Source: a virus (lineage: Duplodnaviria; Heunggongvirae; Uroviricota; Caudoviricetes). From it: DNA of 28,860 bases. The stretch lies in IMG/VR virus record IMGVR_UViG_2547132417_000005, one strand, 5' to 3'. Positions 11,868 through 21,569 of this stretch are shown piece by piece; position 1 is the stretch's first letter, and each line of letters begins with the position of its first letter. A model generated the notes under the pieces. The model did no database searches. It was not told the DNA's origin and saw only the letters and a program-made list of their open reading frames with translations. A program made the position numbers and the translations under genes.

Positions 11868-13167
11868 TCTCCCGCATATTGCCAGTATGGCCTTTAATGA
11901 GCCGCTGATGCTTGAACCCGCCTATGCGCGGGTTTTCTTTTGTGCGCTTGCAGGCCAGCTTGGGATCAGCCGCCTGACGGATGCGGTATCCGGCGACAGC
12001 CTGACTGCCGGAGAGGCACCCGCGGCGCTGGCGTTATCCGTTGATGATGACGGACCACGACAGGCCCGCAGTTATCAGGTCATGAACGGCATCGCCGTGC
12101 TGCCGGTGTCCGGCACGCTGGTCAGCCGGACGCGGGCGCTGCAGCCGTATTCGGGGATGACCGGTTACAACGGCATTATCGCCCGTCTGCAACAGGCTGC
12201 CAGCGATCCGATGGTGGACGGCATTCTGCTGGATATGGACACACCGGGCGGGATGGTGGCGGGAGCATTTGACTGTGCTGACATCATCGCCCGTGTGCGA
12301 GACATAAAACCGGTATGGGCGCTGGCCAACGACATGAACTGCAGTGCAGGTCAGCTGCTTGCCAGCGCCGCCTCCCGGCGTCTGGTCACGCAGACCGCCC
12401 GGACAGGCTCCATCGGCGTCATGATGGCTCACAGTAATTACGGTGCTGCGCTGGAGAAACAGGGCGTGGAAATCACGCTGATTTACAGCGGCAGCCATAA
12501 GGTGGATGGCAACCCCTACAGCCATCTACCGGATGATGTCCGGGAAACACTGCAGTCCCGGATGGATGCAACCCGCCGGATGTTTGCACAGAAGGTGTCG
12601 GCATATACCGGCCTGTCCGTGCAGGCTGTGCTGGATACCGAGGCTGCAGTGTACAGCGGTCAGGAGGCCATTGATGCCGGACTGGCTGATGAACTTGTGA
12701 ACAGTACCGATGCGATCACCGTCATGCGTGATGCACTGGATGCACGTAAATCCCGTCTCTCAGGAGGGCGAATGACCAAAGAGACTCAATCAACAACTGT
12801 TTCAGCCACTGCTTCGCAGGCTGACGTTACTGGCGTGGTGCAAGCGACGGAGGGCGAGAACGCCAGCGCTGCGCAGCCGGACGTGAACGCGCAGATCACC
12901 GCAGCGGTTGCGGCAGAAAACAGTCGCATTATGGGGATCCTCAACTGTGAGGAGGCTCACGGACGCGAAGAACAGGCATGCGTGCTGGCCGAAACCCCCG
13001 GTATGACCGTGGAAACGGCCCGCCGTATTCTGGCCGCAGCACCACAGAGTGCACAGGCGCGCAGTGACACTGCGCTGGATCGTCTGATGCAGGGGGCACC
13101 GGCACCGCTGGCTGCAGGTAACCCGGCATCTGATGCCGTTAACGATTTGCTGAACACACCAGTGTAA
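11848..13167 (+). CDS. C: Head maturation protease / minor capsid protein C
   Basis: GTG start at 11848, in frame with track ORF 11713-13167. Product (V)TAELRNLPHIASMAFNEPLMLEPAYARVFFCALAGQLGISRL..., 439 aa, lambda gpC-like. Confidence 0.85.
12562..13167 (+). CDS. nu3: Scaffolding protein Nu3 (in-frame internal start within C)
   Basis: Internal ATG at 12562 (MDATRRMFAQKVSAYTGL...) in the C frame sharing the C stop, as in lambda. Assigned by collinearity. Confidence 0.7.
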   Translation: MDATRRMFAQKVSAYTGLSVQAVLDTEAAVYSGQEAIDAGLADELVNSTDAITVMRDALDARKSRLSGGRMTKETQSTTVSATASQADVTGVVQATEGENASAAQPDVNAQITAAVAAENSRIMGILNCEEAHGREEQACVLAETPGMTVETARRILAAAPQSAQARSDTALDRLMQGAPAPLAAGNPASDAVNDLLNTPV

Positions 13168-13176
13168 GGGATGTTT

Positions 13177-13509
13177 ATGACGAGCAAAGAAACCTTTACC
13201 CATTACCAGCCGCTGGGCAACAGTGACCCGGCTCATACCGCAACCGCGCCCGGCGGGTTGAGTGCGAAAGCGCCTGCAATGACCCCGCTGATGCTGGACA
13301 CCTCCACCCGTAAGCTGGTTGCGTGGGATGGCACCACCGACGGTGCTGCCGTTGGCATTCTTGCAGTTGCTGCTGACCAGACCAGCACCACACTGACGTT
13401 CTACAAGTCCGGCACGTTCCGTTATGAGGATGTGCTCTGGCCGGAGGCTGCCAGCGACGAGACGAAAAAACGGACCGCGTTTGCCGGAACGGCAATCAGC
13501 ATCGTTTAA
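13177..13509 (+). CDS. D: Head decoration protein D
   Basis: 110-aa product [52 protein letters not shown]..., lambda gpD-like. Confidence 0.9.
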   Translation: MTSKETFTHYQPLGNSDPAHTATAPGGLSAKAPAMTPLMLDTSTRKLVAWDGTTDGAAVGILAVAADQTSTTLTFYKSGTFRYEDVLWPEAASDETKKRTAFAGTAISIV

Positions 13510-13528
13510 CCTAACCCTTCATCACTAA

Positions 13529-13551
13529 AGGCCGCCTGTGCGGCTTTTTTT
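13529..13551 (+). promoter_or_regulatory. Stem-loop with U-tract between D and E (candidate attenuator)
   Basis: AGGCCGC-ctgt-GCGGCTT followed by TTTTT, immediately upstream of the E start. Confidence 0.35.
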
Positions 13552-13564
13552 ACGGGATTTTTTT

Positions 13565-14590
13565 ATGTCGATGTACACAACCGCCCAGCTGCTGGCGGCA
13601 AATGAGCAGAAATTTAAGTTTGATCCGCTGTTTCTGCGTCTCTTTTTCCGTGAGAGCTATCCCTTCACCACGGAGAAAGTCTATCTCTCACAAATTCCTG
13701 GACTGGTAAACATGGCGCTGTACGTTTCGCCAATTGTTTCCGGTGAGGTTATCCGTTCCCGTGGCGGCTCCACTTCTGAATTTACGCCGGGTTATGTCAA
13801 GCCGAAGCATGAGGTGAATCCGCAGATGACCCTGCGTCGCCTGCCGGATGAAGATCCGCAGAATCTGGCGGACCCGGCTTACCGCCGCCGTCGCATCATC
13901 CTGCAGAACATGCGTGACGAAGAGCTGGCCATTGCTCAGGTCGAAGAGATGCAGGCAGTTTCTGCCGTGCTCAAGGGCAAATACACCATGACCGGTGAAG
14001 CCTTCGATCCGGTTGAGGTGGATATGGGCCGCAGTGCGGCGAACAACATCACGCAGTCCGGCGGCACGGAGTGGAGCAAGCGTGACAAGTCCACGTATGA
14101 CCCGACCGACGATATCGAAGCCTACGCGCTGAACGCCAGCGGCGTGGTGAATATCATCGTGTTTGATCCGAAAGGCTGGGCGCTGTTCCGTTCCTTCAAA
14201 GCCGTCAGGGAGAAGCTGGATACCCGTCGCGGCTCTCATTCCGAGCTGGAGACAGCGGTGAAAGACCTGGGTAAAGCGGTGTCCTATAAGGGGATGTATG
14301 GCGATGTGGCCATCGTCGTGTATTCCGGACAGTACGTGGAAAACGGCGTCAAAAAGAACTTCCTGCCGGACAACACGATGGTACTGGGGAACACTCAGGC
14401 ACGCGGTCTGCGCACCTATGGCTGCATTCAGGATGCGGACGCATTGAGTGAGGGTATTAATGCGTCTCCCCGTTATCCGAAAAACTGGAAGACATCCGGC
14501 GATCCGGCGCGAGAGTTCACCATGATTCAGTCAGCACCGCTGATGCTGCTGGCTGATCCTGATGAGTTCGTGTCCGTACAACTGGCGTAA
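13565..14590 (+). CDS. E: Major capsid protein E
   Basis: 341-aa product MSMYTTAQLLAANEQKFKFDPLFLRLFFRESYPFTTEKVYLSQIPGLVNMALYVSPIVSGEVIRSRGG..., lambda gpE-like. Confidence 0.95.
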   Translation: MSMYTTAQLLAANEQKFKFDPLFLRLFFRESYPFTTEKVYLSQIPGLVNMALYVSPIVSGEVIRSRGGSTSEFTPGYVKPKHEVNPQMTLRRLPDEDPQNLADPAYRRRRIILQNMRDEELAIAQVEEMQAVSAVLKGKYTMTGEAFDPVEVDMGRSAANNITQSGGTEWSKRDKSTYDPTDDIEAYALNASGVVNIIVFDPKGWALFRSFKAVREKLDTRRGSHSELETAVKDLGKAVSYKGMYGDVAIVVYSGQYVENGVKKNFLPDNTMVLGNTQARGLRTYGCIQDADALSEGINASPRYPKNWKTSGDPAREFTMIQSAPLMLLADPDEFVSVQLA

Positions 14591-14592
14591 TC

Positions 14593-14619
14593 ATGGCCCT
14601 TCGGGGCCATTTTCTCTCT
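14593..14619 (+). promoter_or_regulatory. UUCG-tetraloop hairpin between E and FI
   Basis: ATGGCCC-ttcg-GGGCCAT followed by TTTCTCTCT, directly after the E stop codon. Confidence 0.4.
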
Positions 14620-14631
14620 GTGGAGGAGTCC

Positions 14632-15027
14632 ATGACGAAAGATGAACTGATTGCCCGTCTTCAGGTGCTGGGTGAGCAACTGAACCGTGATGTCAGCCTG
14701 ACGGGGACGAAAGAAGAACTGGCACTCCGTGTGGCAGAGCTGGAAGAGGAGCTTGATGACACGGATGACGCTGCCGGTCAGGACACATCTGTCAGCCCGG
14801 AAAATGCGCTGACCGGACATGAAAATGAGGTTGTATCAGCGCAGCCGGATACCGTGACTGATACGGCTGAACTGGTCACGGTTGTGGCACTGGTGACGCT
14901 GCATACTGATGCACTTCACGCCACGCGGGATGAGGCTGTGGCATTTGTGCTGCCGGGAACGGCGTTCCGTGTCTCTGTCGGTGTGGCAGCTGAAATGACA
15001 GAGCGCGGCCTGGCCAGAATGCAATAA
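14632..15027 (+). CDS. FI: DNA-packaging protein FI
   Basis: MTKDELIARLQVLGEQLNRDVSLTGTKEELALRVAELEEELDD... with GGAGG upstream. Position between E and FII. Confidence 0.85.
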   Translation: MTKDELIARLQVLGEQLNRDVSLTGTKEELALRVAELEEELDDTDDAAGQDTSVSPENALTGHENEVVSAQPDTVTDTAELVTVVALVTLHTDALHATRDEAVAFVLPGTAFRVSVGVAAEMTERGLARMQ

Positions 15028-15038
15028 CGGGAGGCGCT

Positions 15039-15392
15039 GTGGCTGATTTCGATAACCTGTTCGATGCTGCCATTGCCTGCGCCGATGAAACGATACGCGG
15101 GTACATGGGAACGTCAGCCACCATGACATCCGGTGAGCAGTCCGGTGCTGTGATACGTGGTGTTTTTGATGACCCTGAAAATATCAGCTATGCCGGACAG
15201 GGCGTGCGCGTTGAAGGCTCCAGCCCGTCCCTGTTTGTCCGGACTGATGATGTGCGGCAGCTGCGGCGCGGCGACACGCTGACCATCGGTGAGGAAAACT
15301 TCTGGATAGACCGGATTTCGCCGGATGATGGCGGAAGCTGTCATCTCTGGCTTGGGCGGGGCGTACCGCCTGCCGTTAACCGTCGCCGCTGA
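15039..15392 (+). CDS. FII: Head-tail connector protein FII
   Basis: 117-aa product (GTG start) ADFDNLFDAAIACADETIRGYMGTSATMTSGEQSGAVIRGVFDDPENISYAGQGVRVEG... Confidence 0.9.
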   Translation: MADFDNLFDAAIACADETIRGYMGTSATMTSGEQSGAVIRGVFDDPENISYAGQGVRVEGSSPSLFVRTDDVRQLRRGDTLTIGEENFWIDRISPDDGGSCHLWLGRGVPPAVNRRR

Positions 15393-15403
15393 AAGGGGGA
15401 TGT

Positions 15404-15982
15404 ATGGCCATAAAAGGTCTTGAGCAGGCCGTTGAAACCCTCAGCCGTATCAGCAGAACGGCGGTGCCCGGTGCCGCCGCAATGGCCATTAACCGCGTTG
15501 CTTCATCCGCGATATCGCAGTCGGCGTCACAGGTTGCCCGTGAGACAAAGGTACGCCGGAAACTGGTAAAGGAAAGGGCCAGGCTGAAAAGGGCCACGGT
15601 CAAAAATCCGCAGGCCAGAATCAGGGTTAACCGGGGGGATTTGCCCGTAATAAAGCTGGGTAACGCGCGGATTGTCCTGTCCCGACGCAGGCGTCGTAAA
15701 AAGGGGCAGCGTTCAGCCCTGAAAGGTGGCGGCAGCGTGCTTGTGGTGGGAAACCGTCGTATTCCCGGCGCGTTTATTCAGCAACTGAAAAATGGCCGGT
15801 GGCATGTCATGCAGCGTGTGGCCGGGAAAAACCGTTACCCCATTGATGTGGTGAAAATCCCGATGGCAGTGCCGCTGACCACGGCGTTTAAACAGAATAT
15901 TGAGCGGATACGGCGTGAACGTCTTCCGAAAGAGCTGGGCTATGCGCTGCAGCATCAACTGAGGATGGTAATAAAGCGATGA
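15404..15982 (+). CDS. Z: Tail completion protein Z
   Basis: 192-aa basic protein MAIKGLEQAVETLSRISRTAVPGAAAMAINRVASSAISQSASQVARETKV... Confidence 0.9.
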   Translation: MAIKGLEQAVETLSRISRTAVPGAAAMAINRVASSAISQSASQVARETKVRRKLVKERARLKRATVKNPQARIRVNRGDLPVIKLGNARIVLSRRRRRKKGQRSALKGGGSVLVVGNRRIPGAFIQQLKNGRWHVMQRVAGKNRYPIDVVKIPMAVPLTTAFKQNIERIRRERLPKELGYALQHQLRMVIKR

Positions 15983-16374
15983 AACATACAGAACTCCGTG
16001 CAGCCGTACTGGATGCACTGGAGAAGCATGACACCGGGGCGACGCTTTTTGATGGTCGCCCCGCTGTTTTTGATGAGGCGGATTTTCCGGCAGTTGCCGT
16101 TTATCTCACCGGCGCTGAATACACGGGCGAAGAGCTGGACAGCGATACCTGGCAGGCTGAGCTGCATATCGAAGTTTTCCTGCCTGCTCAGGTGCCGGAT
16201 TCAGAGCTGGATTCGTGGATGGAGTTCCGGATTTATCCGGTGATGAGCGATATCCCGGCACTGTCAGATTTGATCACCAGTATGGTGGCCAGTGGCTATG
16301 ACTACCGGCGCGACGATGATGCGGGCCTGTGGAGTTCAGCCGATCTGACGTATGTCATTACCTATGAAATGTGA
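15979..16374 (+). CDS. U: Tail terminator protein U
   Basis: 131-aa product [54 protein letters not shown]...; start overlaps the Z stop. Confidence 0.9.
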   Translation: MKHTELRAAVLDALEKHDTGATLFDGRPAVFDEADFPAVAVYLTGAEYTGEELDSDTWQAELHIEVFLPAQVPDSELDSWMEFRIYPVMSDIPALSDLITSMVASGYDYRRDDDAGLWSSADLTYVITYEM

Positions 16375-16381
16375 GGACGAT

Positions 16382-17122
16382 ATGCCTGTACCAAATCCTG
16401 TAATGCCGGTGAAAGGTGCCGGGACCACCCTGTGGGTTTATAACGGGAGCGGCGACCCTTATGCGAACCCGCTTTCAGATGTTGACTGGTCGCGTCTGGC
16501 TAAAGTTAAAGACCTGACGCCCGGCGAACTGACCGCTGAGTCCTATGACGACAGTTATCTCGATGATGAAGATGCGGACTGGACCGCGACCGGGCAGGGG
16601 CAGAAATCCGCCGGAGATACCAGCTTCACGCTGGCGTGGATGCCCGGAGAGCAGGGGCAGCAGGCGCTGCTGGCGTGGTTTAATGAAGGCGATACCCGTG
16701 CCTATAAAATCCGCTTCCCGAACGGCACGGTCGATGTGTTCCGTGGCTGGGTCAGCAGGATCGGTAAGGCGGTGACGGCGAAGGAAGTGATCACCCGTAC
16801 GGTGAAGGTCACCAATGTGGGCCGTCCGTCAATGGCAGAAGATCGCAGTACGGTGACGGCGGCAACCGGTATGACTGTGACGCCTGCCAGCTCCTCGGTG
16901 GTGAAAGGGCAGAGCACCACGCTGACCGTGGCATTCCAGCCGGAGGGTGCAACTGACAAGAGCTTCCGTGCGGTGTCAGCGGATAAAACAAAAGCCACCG
17001 TGTCGGTCAGTGGTATGACCATCACCGTGAATGGCGTTGCTGCAGGTAAGGTCAACATTCCGGTCGTATCCGGTAATGGTGAGTTTGCTGCGGTTGCAGA
17101 AATCACCGTCACCGCCAGTTAA
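16382..17122 (+). CDS. V: Major tail tube protein V
   Basis: 246-aa product [57 protein letters not shown]... Confidence 0.95.
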   Translation: MPVPNPVMPVKGAGTTLWVYNGSGDPYANPLSDVDWSRLAKVKDLTPGELTAESYDDSYLDDEDADWTATGQGQKSAGDTSFTLAWMPGEQGQQALLAWFNEGDTRAYKIRFPNGTVDVFRGWVSRIGKAVTAKEVITRTVKVTNVGRPSMAEDRSTVTAATGMTVTPASSSVVKGQSTTLTVAFQPEGATDKSFRAVSADKTKATVSVSGMTITVNGVAAGKVNIPVVSGNGEFAAVAEITVTAS

Positions 17123-17137
17123 TCCGGAGAGTCAGCG

Positions 17138-17560
17138 ATGTTCCTGAAAACCGAATCATTTGAACATAACGGTGTGACCGTCACGCTTTCTGAACTGTCA
17201 GCCCTGCAGCGTATTGAGCATCTCGCCCTGATGAAACGGCAGGCAGAACAGGCGGAGTCAGACAGCAACCGGAAGTTTACTGTGGAAGACGCCATCAGAA
17301 CCGGCGCGTTTCTGGTGGCGATGTCCCTGTGGCATAACCATCCGCAGAAGACGCAGATGCCGTCCATGAATGAAGCCGTTAAACAGATTGAGCAGGAAGT
17401 GCTTACCACCTGGCCCACGGAGGCAATTTCTCATGCTGAAAACGTGGTGTACCGGCTGTCCGGTATGTATGAGTTTGTTGTGAATAATACCCCTGAACAG
17501 ACAGAGGACGCCGGGCCTGCAGAGCCTGTTTCTGCGGGAAAGTGTTCGACGGTGAGCTGA
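17138..17560 (+). CDS. G: Tail assembly chaperone G
   Basis: 140-aa product MFLKTESFEHNGVTVTLSELSALQRIEHLALMKRQAEQAESDSNRKFTVEDAIRTGAF... Confidence 0.9.
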   Translation: MFLKTESFEHNGVTVTLSELSALQRIEHLALMKRQAEQAESDSNRKFTVEDAIRTGAFLVAMSLWHNHPQKTQMPSMNEAVKQIEQEVLTTWPTEAISHAENVVYRLSGMYEFVVNNTPEQTEDAGPAEPVSAGKCSTVS

Positions 17561-17976
17561 GTTTTGCCCTGAAACTGGCGCGTGAGATGGGGCGACCCGA
17601 CTGGCGTGCCATGCTTGCCGGGATGTCATCCACGGAGTATGCCGACTGGCACCGCTTTTACAGTACCCATTATTTTCATGATGTTCTGCTGGATATGCAC
17701 TTTTCCGGGCTGACGTACACCGTGCTCAGCCTGTTTTTCAGCGATCCGGATATGCATCCGCTGGATTTCAGTCTGCTTAACCGGCGCGAGGCTGACGAAG
17801 AGCCTGAAGATGATGTGCTGATGCAGAAAGCGGCAGGGCTTGCCGGAGGTGTCCGCTTTGGCCCGGACGGGAATGAAGTTATCCCCGCTTCCCCGGATGT
17901 GGCGGACATGACGGAGGATGACGTAATGCTGATGACAGTATCAGAAGGGATCGCAGGAGGAGTCCGGTATGGCTGA
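17138..17976 (+). CDS. G-T: Tail assembly protein G-T fusion, made by programmed -1 ribosomal frameshift at 17536-17542
   Basis: Slippery heptamer G GGA AAG at 17536-17542 in the G frame (X XXY YYZ). The -1 frame continues into the T ORF (17542-17976), the arrangement known for lambda gpGT. Confidence 0.75.
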
Positions 17977-20530
17977 ACCGGTAGGCGATCTGGTCGTTGA
18001 TTTAAGTCTGGATGCGGCCAGATTTGACGAGCAGATGGCCAGAGTCAGGCGTCATTTTTCCGGTACGGAAACTGATGCGAAAAAAACAGCGGCAGTCGTT
18101 GAACAGTCGCTGAGCCGACAGGCGCTGGCTGCACAGAAAGCGGGGATTTCCGTCGGGCAGTATAAAGCCGCCATGCGTATGCTGCCTGCACAGTTCACCG
18201 ACGTGGCCACGCAGCTTGCAGGCGGGCAAAGCCCGTGGCTGATCCTGCTGCAACAGGGTGGTCAGGTTAAGGACTCCTTCGGCGGGATGATCCCCATGTT
18301 CCGGGGGCTTGCCGGTGCGATCACCCTGCCGATGGTCGGGGCCACCTCGCTGGCGGTGGCGACCGGTGCGCTGGCGTATGCCTGGTATCAGGGTAACTCA
18401 ACCCTGTCCGATTTCAACAAAACGCTGGTCCTTTCCGGTAATCAGTCGGGTCTGACGGCAGATCGTATGCTGGTCCTGTCCAGAGCCGGGCAGGCGGCAG
18501 GGCTGACGTTTAACCAGACCAGCGAGTCACTCAGTGCACTGGTTAAGGCGGGGGTAAGCGGTGAGGCTCAGATTGCGTCCATCAGCCAGAGTGTGGCGCG
18601 TTTCTCTTCTGCATCCGGTGTGGAGGTGGACAAGGTCGCTGAAGCCTTCGGGAAGCTGACCACTGACCCGACGTCGGGGCTGACGGCGATGGCGCGCCAG
18701 TTCCATAACGTGACGGCGGAGCAGATTGCGCATGTTGCTCAGTTGCAGCGTTCCGGCGATGAAGCCGGGGCATTGCAGGCGGCGAACGAAGCCGCAACGA
18801 AAGGGTTTGATGACCAGACCCGCCGCCTGAAAGAGAACATGGGCACGCTGGAGACCTGGGCAGACAGGACAGCGCGGGCATTCAAATCCATGTGGGATGC
18901 GGTGCTGGATATTGGTCGTCCTGATACCGCGCAGGAGATGCTGATTAAGGCAGAGGCTGCGTTTAAGAAAGCAGACGACATCTGGAATCTGCGCAAGGAT
19001 GATTATTTTGTTAACGATGAAGCGCGGGCGCGTTACTGGGATGATCGTGAAAAGGCCCGTCTTGCGCTTGAAGCCGCCCGAAAGAAGGCTGAGCAGCAGA
19101 CTCAACAGGACAAAAATGCGCAGCAGCAGAGCGATACCGAAGCGTCACGGCTGAAATATACCGAAGAGGCGCAGAAGGCTTACGAACGGCTGCAGACGCC
19201 GCTGGAGAAATATACCGCCCGTCAGGAAGAACTGAACAAGGCACTGAAAGACGGGAAAATCCTGCAGGCGGATTACAACACGCTGATGGCGGCGGCGAAA
19301 AAGGATTATGAAGCGACGCTGAAAAAGCCGAAACAGTCCGGCGTGAAGGTGTCTGCGGGCGATCGTCAGGAAGACAGTGCTCATGCTGCCCTGCTGACGC
19401 TTCAGGCAGAACTCCGGACGCTGGAGAAGCATGCCGGAGCGAATGAGAAAATCAGCCAGCAGCGCCGGGATTTGTGGAAGGCGGAGAGTCAGTTCGCGGT
19501 ACTGGAGGAGGCGGCGCAACGTCGCCAGCTGTCTGCACAGGAGAAATCCCTGCTGGCGCATAAAGATGAGACGCTGGAGTACAAACGCCAGCTGGCTGCA
19601 CTTGGCGACAAGGTTACGTATCAGGAGCGCCTGAACGCGCTGGCGCAGCAGGCGGATAAATTCGCACAGCAGCAACGGGCAAAACGGGCCGCCATTGATG
19701 CGAAAAGCCGGGGGCTGACTGACCGGCAGGCAGAACGGGAAGCCACGGAACAGCGCCTGAAGGAACAGTATGGCGATAATCCGCTGGCGCTGAATAACGT
19801 CATGTCAGAGCAGAAAAAGACCTGGGCGGCTGAAGACCAGCTTCGCGGGAGCTGGATGGCAGGCCTGAAGTCCGGCTGGAGTGAGTGGGAAGAGAGCGCC
19901 ACGGACAGTATGTCGCAGGTAAAAAGTGCAGCCACGCAGACCTTTGATGGTATTGCACAGAATATGGCGGCGATGCTGACCGGCAGTGAGCAGAACTGGC
20001 GCAGCTTCACCCGCTCTGTGCTGTCCATGATGACAGAAATTCTGCTTAAGCAGGCAATGGTGGGGATTGTCGGGAGTATCGGCAGCGCCATTGGCGGGGC
20101 TGTTGGTGGCGGCGCATCCGCGTCAGGCGGCACAGCCATTCAGGCCGCTGCGGCGAAATTCCATTTTGCAACCGGAGGATTTACGGGAACCGGCGGCAAA
20201 TATGAGCCAGCGGGGATTGTTCACCGTGGTGAATTTGTCTTCACGAAGGAGGCAACCAGCCGGATTGGCGTGGGAAATCTCTACCGGCTGATGCGCGGCT
20301 ATGCCACCGGCGGTTATGTCGGTGGCACCGGAAGTCCGGCGCAAATGCGGCGTTCAGAGGGTATCAGGTTTGAGCATAACAACAACGTGGTGATTCAGAA
20401 CGACGGTACGAATGGTCTGCCAGGTCCACAGATGATGAAAGCAGTGTATGACATGGCCCGCAAGGGTGCCCGTGATGAAATTCAGACACAGATGCGTGAT
20501 GGTGGCCTGTTCTCCGGAGGTGGACGATGA
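17969..20530 (+). CDS. H: Tail tape-measure protein H
   Basis: 853-aa product starting MAEPVGDLVVDLSLDAARFDEQMARVRRHFSGTETDAKKTAAVVEQSL...; same length as lambda gpH. Confidence 0.95.
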   Translation: MAEPVGDLVVDLSLDAARFDEQMARVRRHFSGTETDAKKTAAVVEQSLSRQALAAQKAGISVGQYKAAMRMLPAQFTDVATQLAGGQSPWLILLQQGGQVKDSFGGMIPMFRGLAGAITLPMVGATSLAVATGALAYAWYQGNSTLSDFNKTLVLSGNQSGLTADRMLVLSRAGQAAGLTFNQTSESLSALVKAGVSGEAQIASISQSVARFSSASGVEVDKVAEAFGKLTTDPTSGLTAMARQFHNVTAEQIAHVAQLQRSGDEAGALQAANEAATKGFDDQTRRLKENMGTLETWADRTARAFKSMWDAVLDIGRPDTAQEMLIKAEAAFKKADDIWNLRKDDYFVNDEARARYWDDREKARLALEAARKKAEQQTQQDKNAQQQSDTEASRLKYTEEAQKAYERLQTPLEKYTARQEELNKALKDGKILQADYNTLMAAAKKDYEATLKKPKQSGVKVSAGDRQEDSAHAALLTLQAELRTLEKHAGANEKISQQRRDLWKAESQFAVLEEAAQRRQLSAQEKSLLAHKDETLEYKRQLAALGDKVTYQERLNALAQQADKFAQQQRAKRAAIDAKSRGLTDRQAEREATEQRLKEQYGDNPLALNNVMSEQKKTWAAEDQLRGSWMAGLKSGWSEWEESATDSMSQVKSAATQTFDGIAQNMAAMLTGSEQNWRSFTRSVLSMMTEILLKQAMVGIVGSIGSAIGGAVGGGASASGGTAIQAAAAKFHFATGGFTGTGGKYEPAGIVHRGEFVFTKEATSRIGVGNLYRLMRGYATGGYVGGTGSPAQMRRSEGIRFEHNNNVVIQNDGTNGLPGPQMMKAVYDMARKGARDEIQTQMRDGGLFSGGGR

Positions 20531-20856
20531 AGACCTTCCGCTGGAAAGTGAAACCCGGTATGGATGTGGCTTCGGTCCCTTCTGTAAGAAAGGTGCGCTT
20601 TGGTGATGGCTATTCCCAGCGAGCGCCTGCCGGGCTGAATAACCAGTTGTCGACTTACAGCGTGACGATACGTGTTCGTAAATGTGAACACCCATCTTTA
20701 AAAGCCTTTCTGGAACGGCACGGTGGCGTCCGCGCATTTCAGTGGACGCCACCTTATGACTGGAAGCCGATCAGGGTGGTTTGTCGTAAATGGTCGGCAA
20801 GCGTGGGGGCGCTGTGGGTAACCATAACGGCAGATTTTGAACAGGTCGTGGCATAG
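20527..20856 (+). CDS. M: Tail tip protein M
   Basis: 109-aa product MKTFRWKVKPGMDVASVPSVRKVRFGDGYSQRAPAGLNNQL...; start overlaps the H stop. Confidence 0.9.
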   Translation: MKTFRWKVKPGMDVASVPSVRKVRFGDGYSQRAPAGLNNQLSTYSVTIRVRKCEHPSLKAFLERHGGVRAFQWTPPYDWKPIRVVCRKWSASVGALWVTITADFEQVVA

Positions 20857-20865
20857 GAGGCCCTG

Positions 20866-21564
20866 ATGCAGGATATTTCACAGGAAACACATCATGAGAC
20901 GACACGCCTCACTCAGTCAGCCCAGGTGGTGCTCTGGGAAATCGATCTGACAGTGGTCGGTGGTGAACGTTATTTTTTCTGTAATGAGCAGAACGATAAA
21001 GGTGAGCCGGTCACCTGGCAGGGGCGACAGTATCAGGCGTATCCCATTCAGGGGACGGGATTTGAACTGAACGGCAAAGGCAGTGCTGCCCGTCCGATAC
21101 TGACGGTTTCTAACCTGCACGGCATGGTCACCGGGATGGCGGAAGACCTGCAGAGTCTGGTCGGAGGAACGGTGGTCCGGCGTAAGGTTTACGCCCGTTT
21201 TCTGGATGCGGTGAACTTCGTCAACGGAAACAGCGACGCCGATCCGGAGCAGGAGGTGATCAGCCGCTGGCGCATCGAGCAGTGCAGCGAACTGAGTGCG
21301 GTCAGTGCCTCCTTTGTGTTGTCCACACCGACGGAAACGGACGGTGCCGTTTTTCCGGGGCGCATCATGCTGGCTAATACCTGCACCTGGACCTATCGCG
21401 GTGATGAGTGCGGTTATCAAGGTCCGGCTGTCGCGGATGAATATGATCAGCCGACGTCCGATATCACGAAGGATAAATGCAGCAAATGCCTGAGTGGCTG
21501 TAAGTTCCGCAATAATGTCGGCAACTTTGGCGGCTTCCTTTCCATTAACAAACTTTCGCAGTAA
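20866..21564 (+). CDS. L: Tail tip protein L
   Basis: 232-aa product MQDISQETHHETTRLTQSAQVVLWEIDLTVVGGERYFFCNEQNDKGEPVTWQGRQYQAYPIQ... Confidence 0.9.
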   Translation: MQDISQETHHETTRLTQSAQVVLWEIDLTVVGGERYFFCNEQNDKGEPVTWQGRQYQAYPIQGTGFELNGKGSAARPILTVSNLHGMVTGMAEDLQSLVGGTVVRRKVYARFLDAVNFVNGNSDADPEQEVISRWRIEQCSELSAVSASFVLSTPTETDGAVFPGRIMLANTCTWTYRGDECGYQGPAVADEYDQPTSDITKDKCSKCLSGCKFRNNVGNFGGFLSINKLSQ

Positions 21565-21569
21565 ATCCC

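Noticed and set aside
18527-20139. Minus-strand ORFs inside the tape-measure gene H (18527-19105, 19145-19675, 19621-20139)
   Set aside because: Antisense to H, which is full-length (853 aa); Arg/Leu-rich antisense artefacts.
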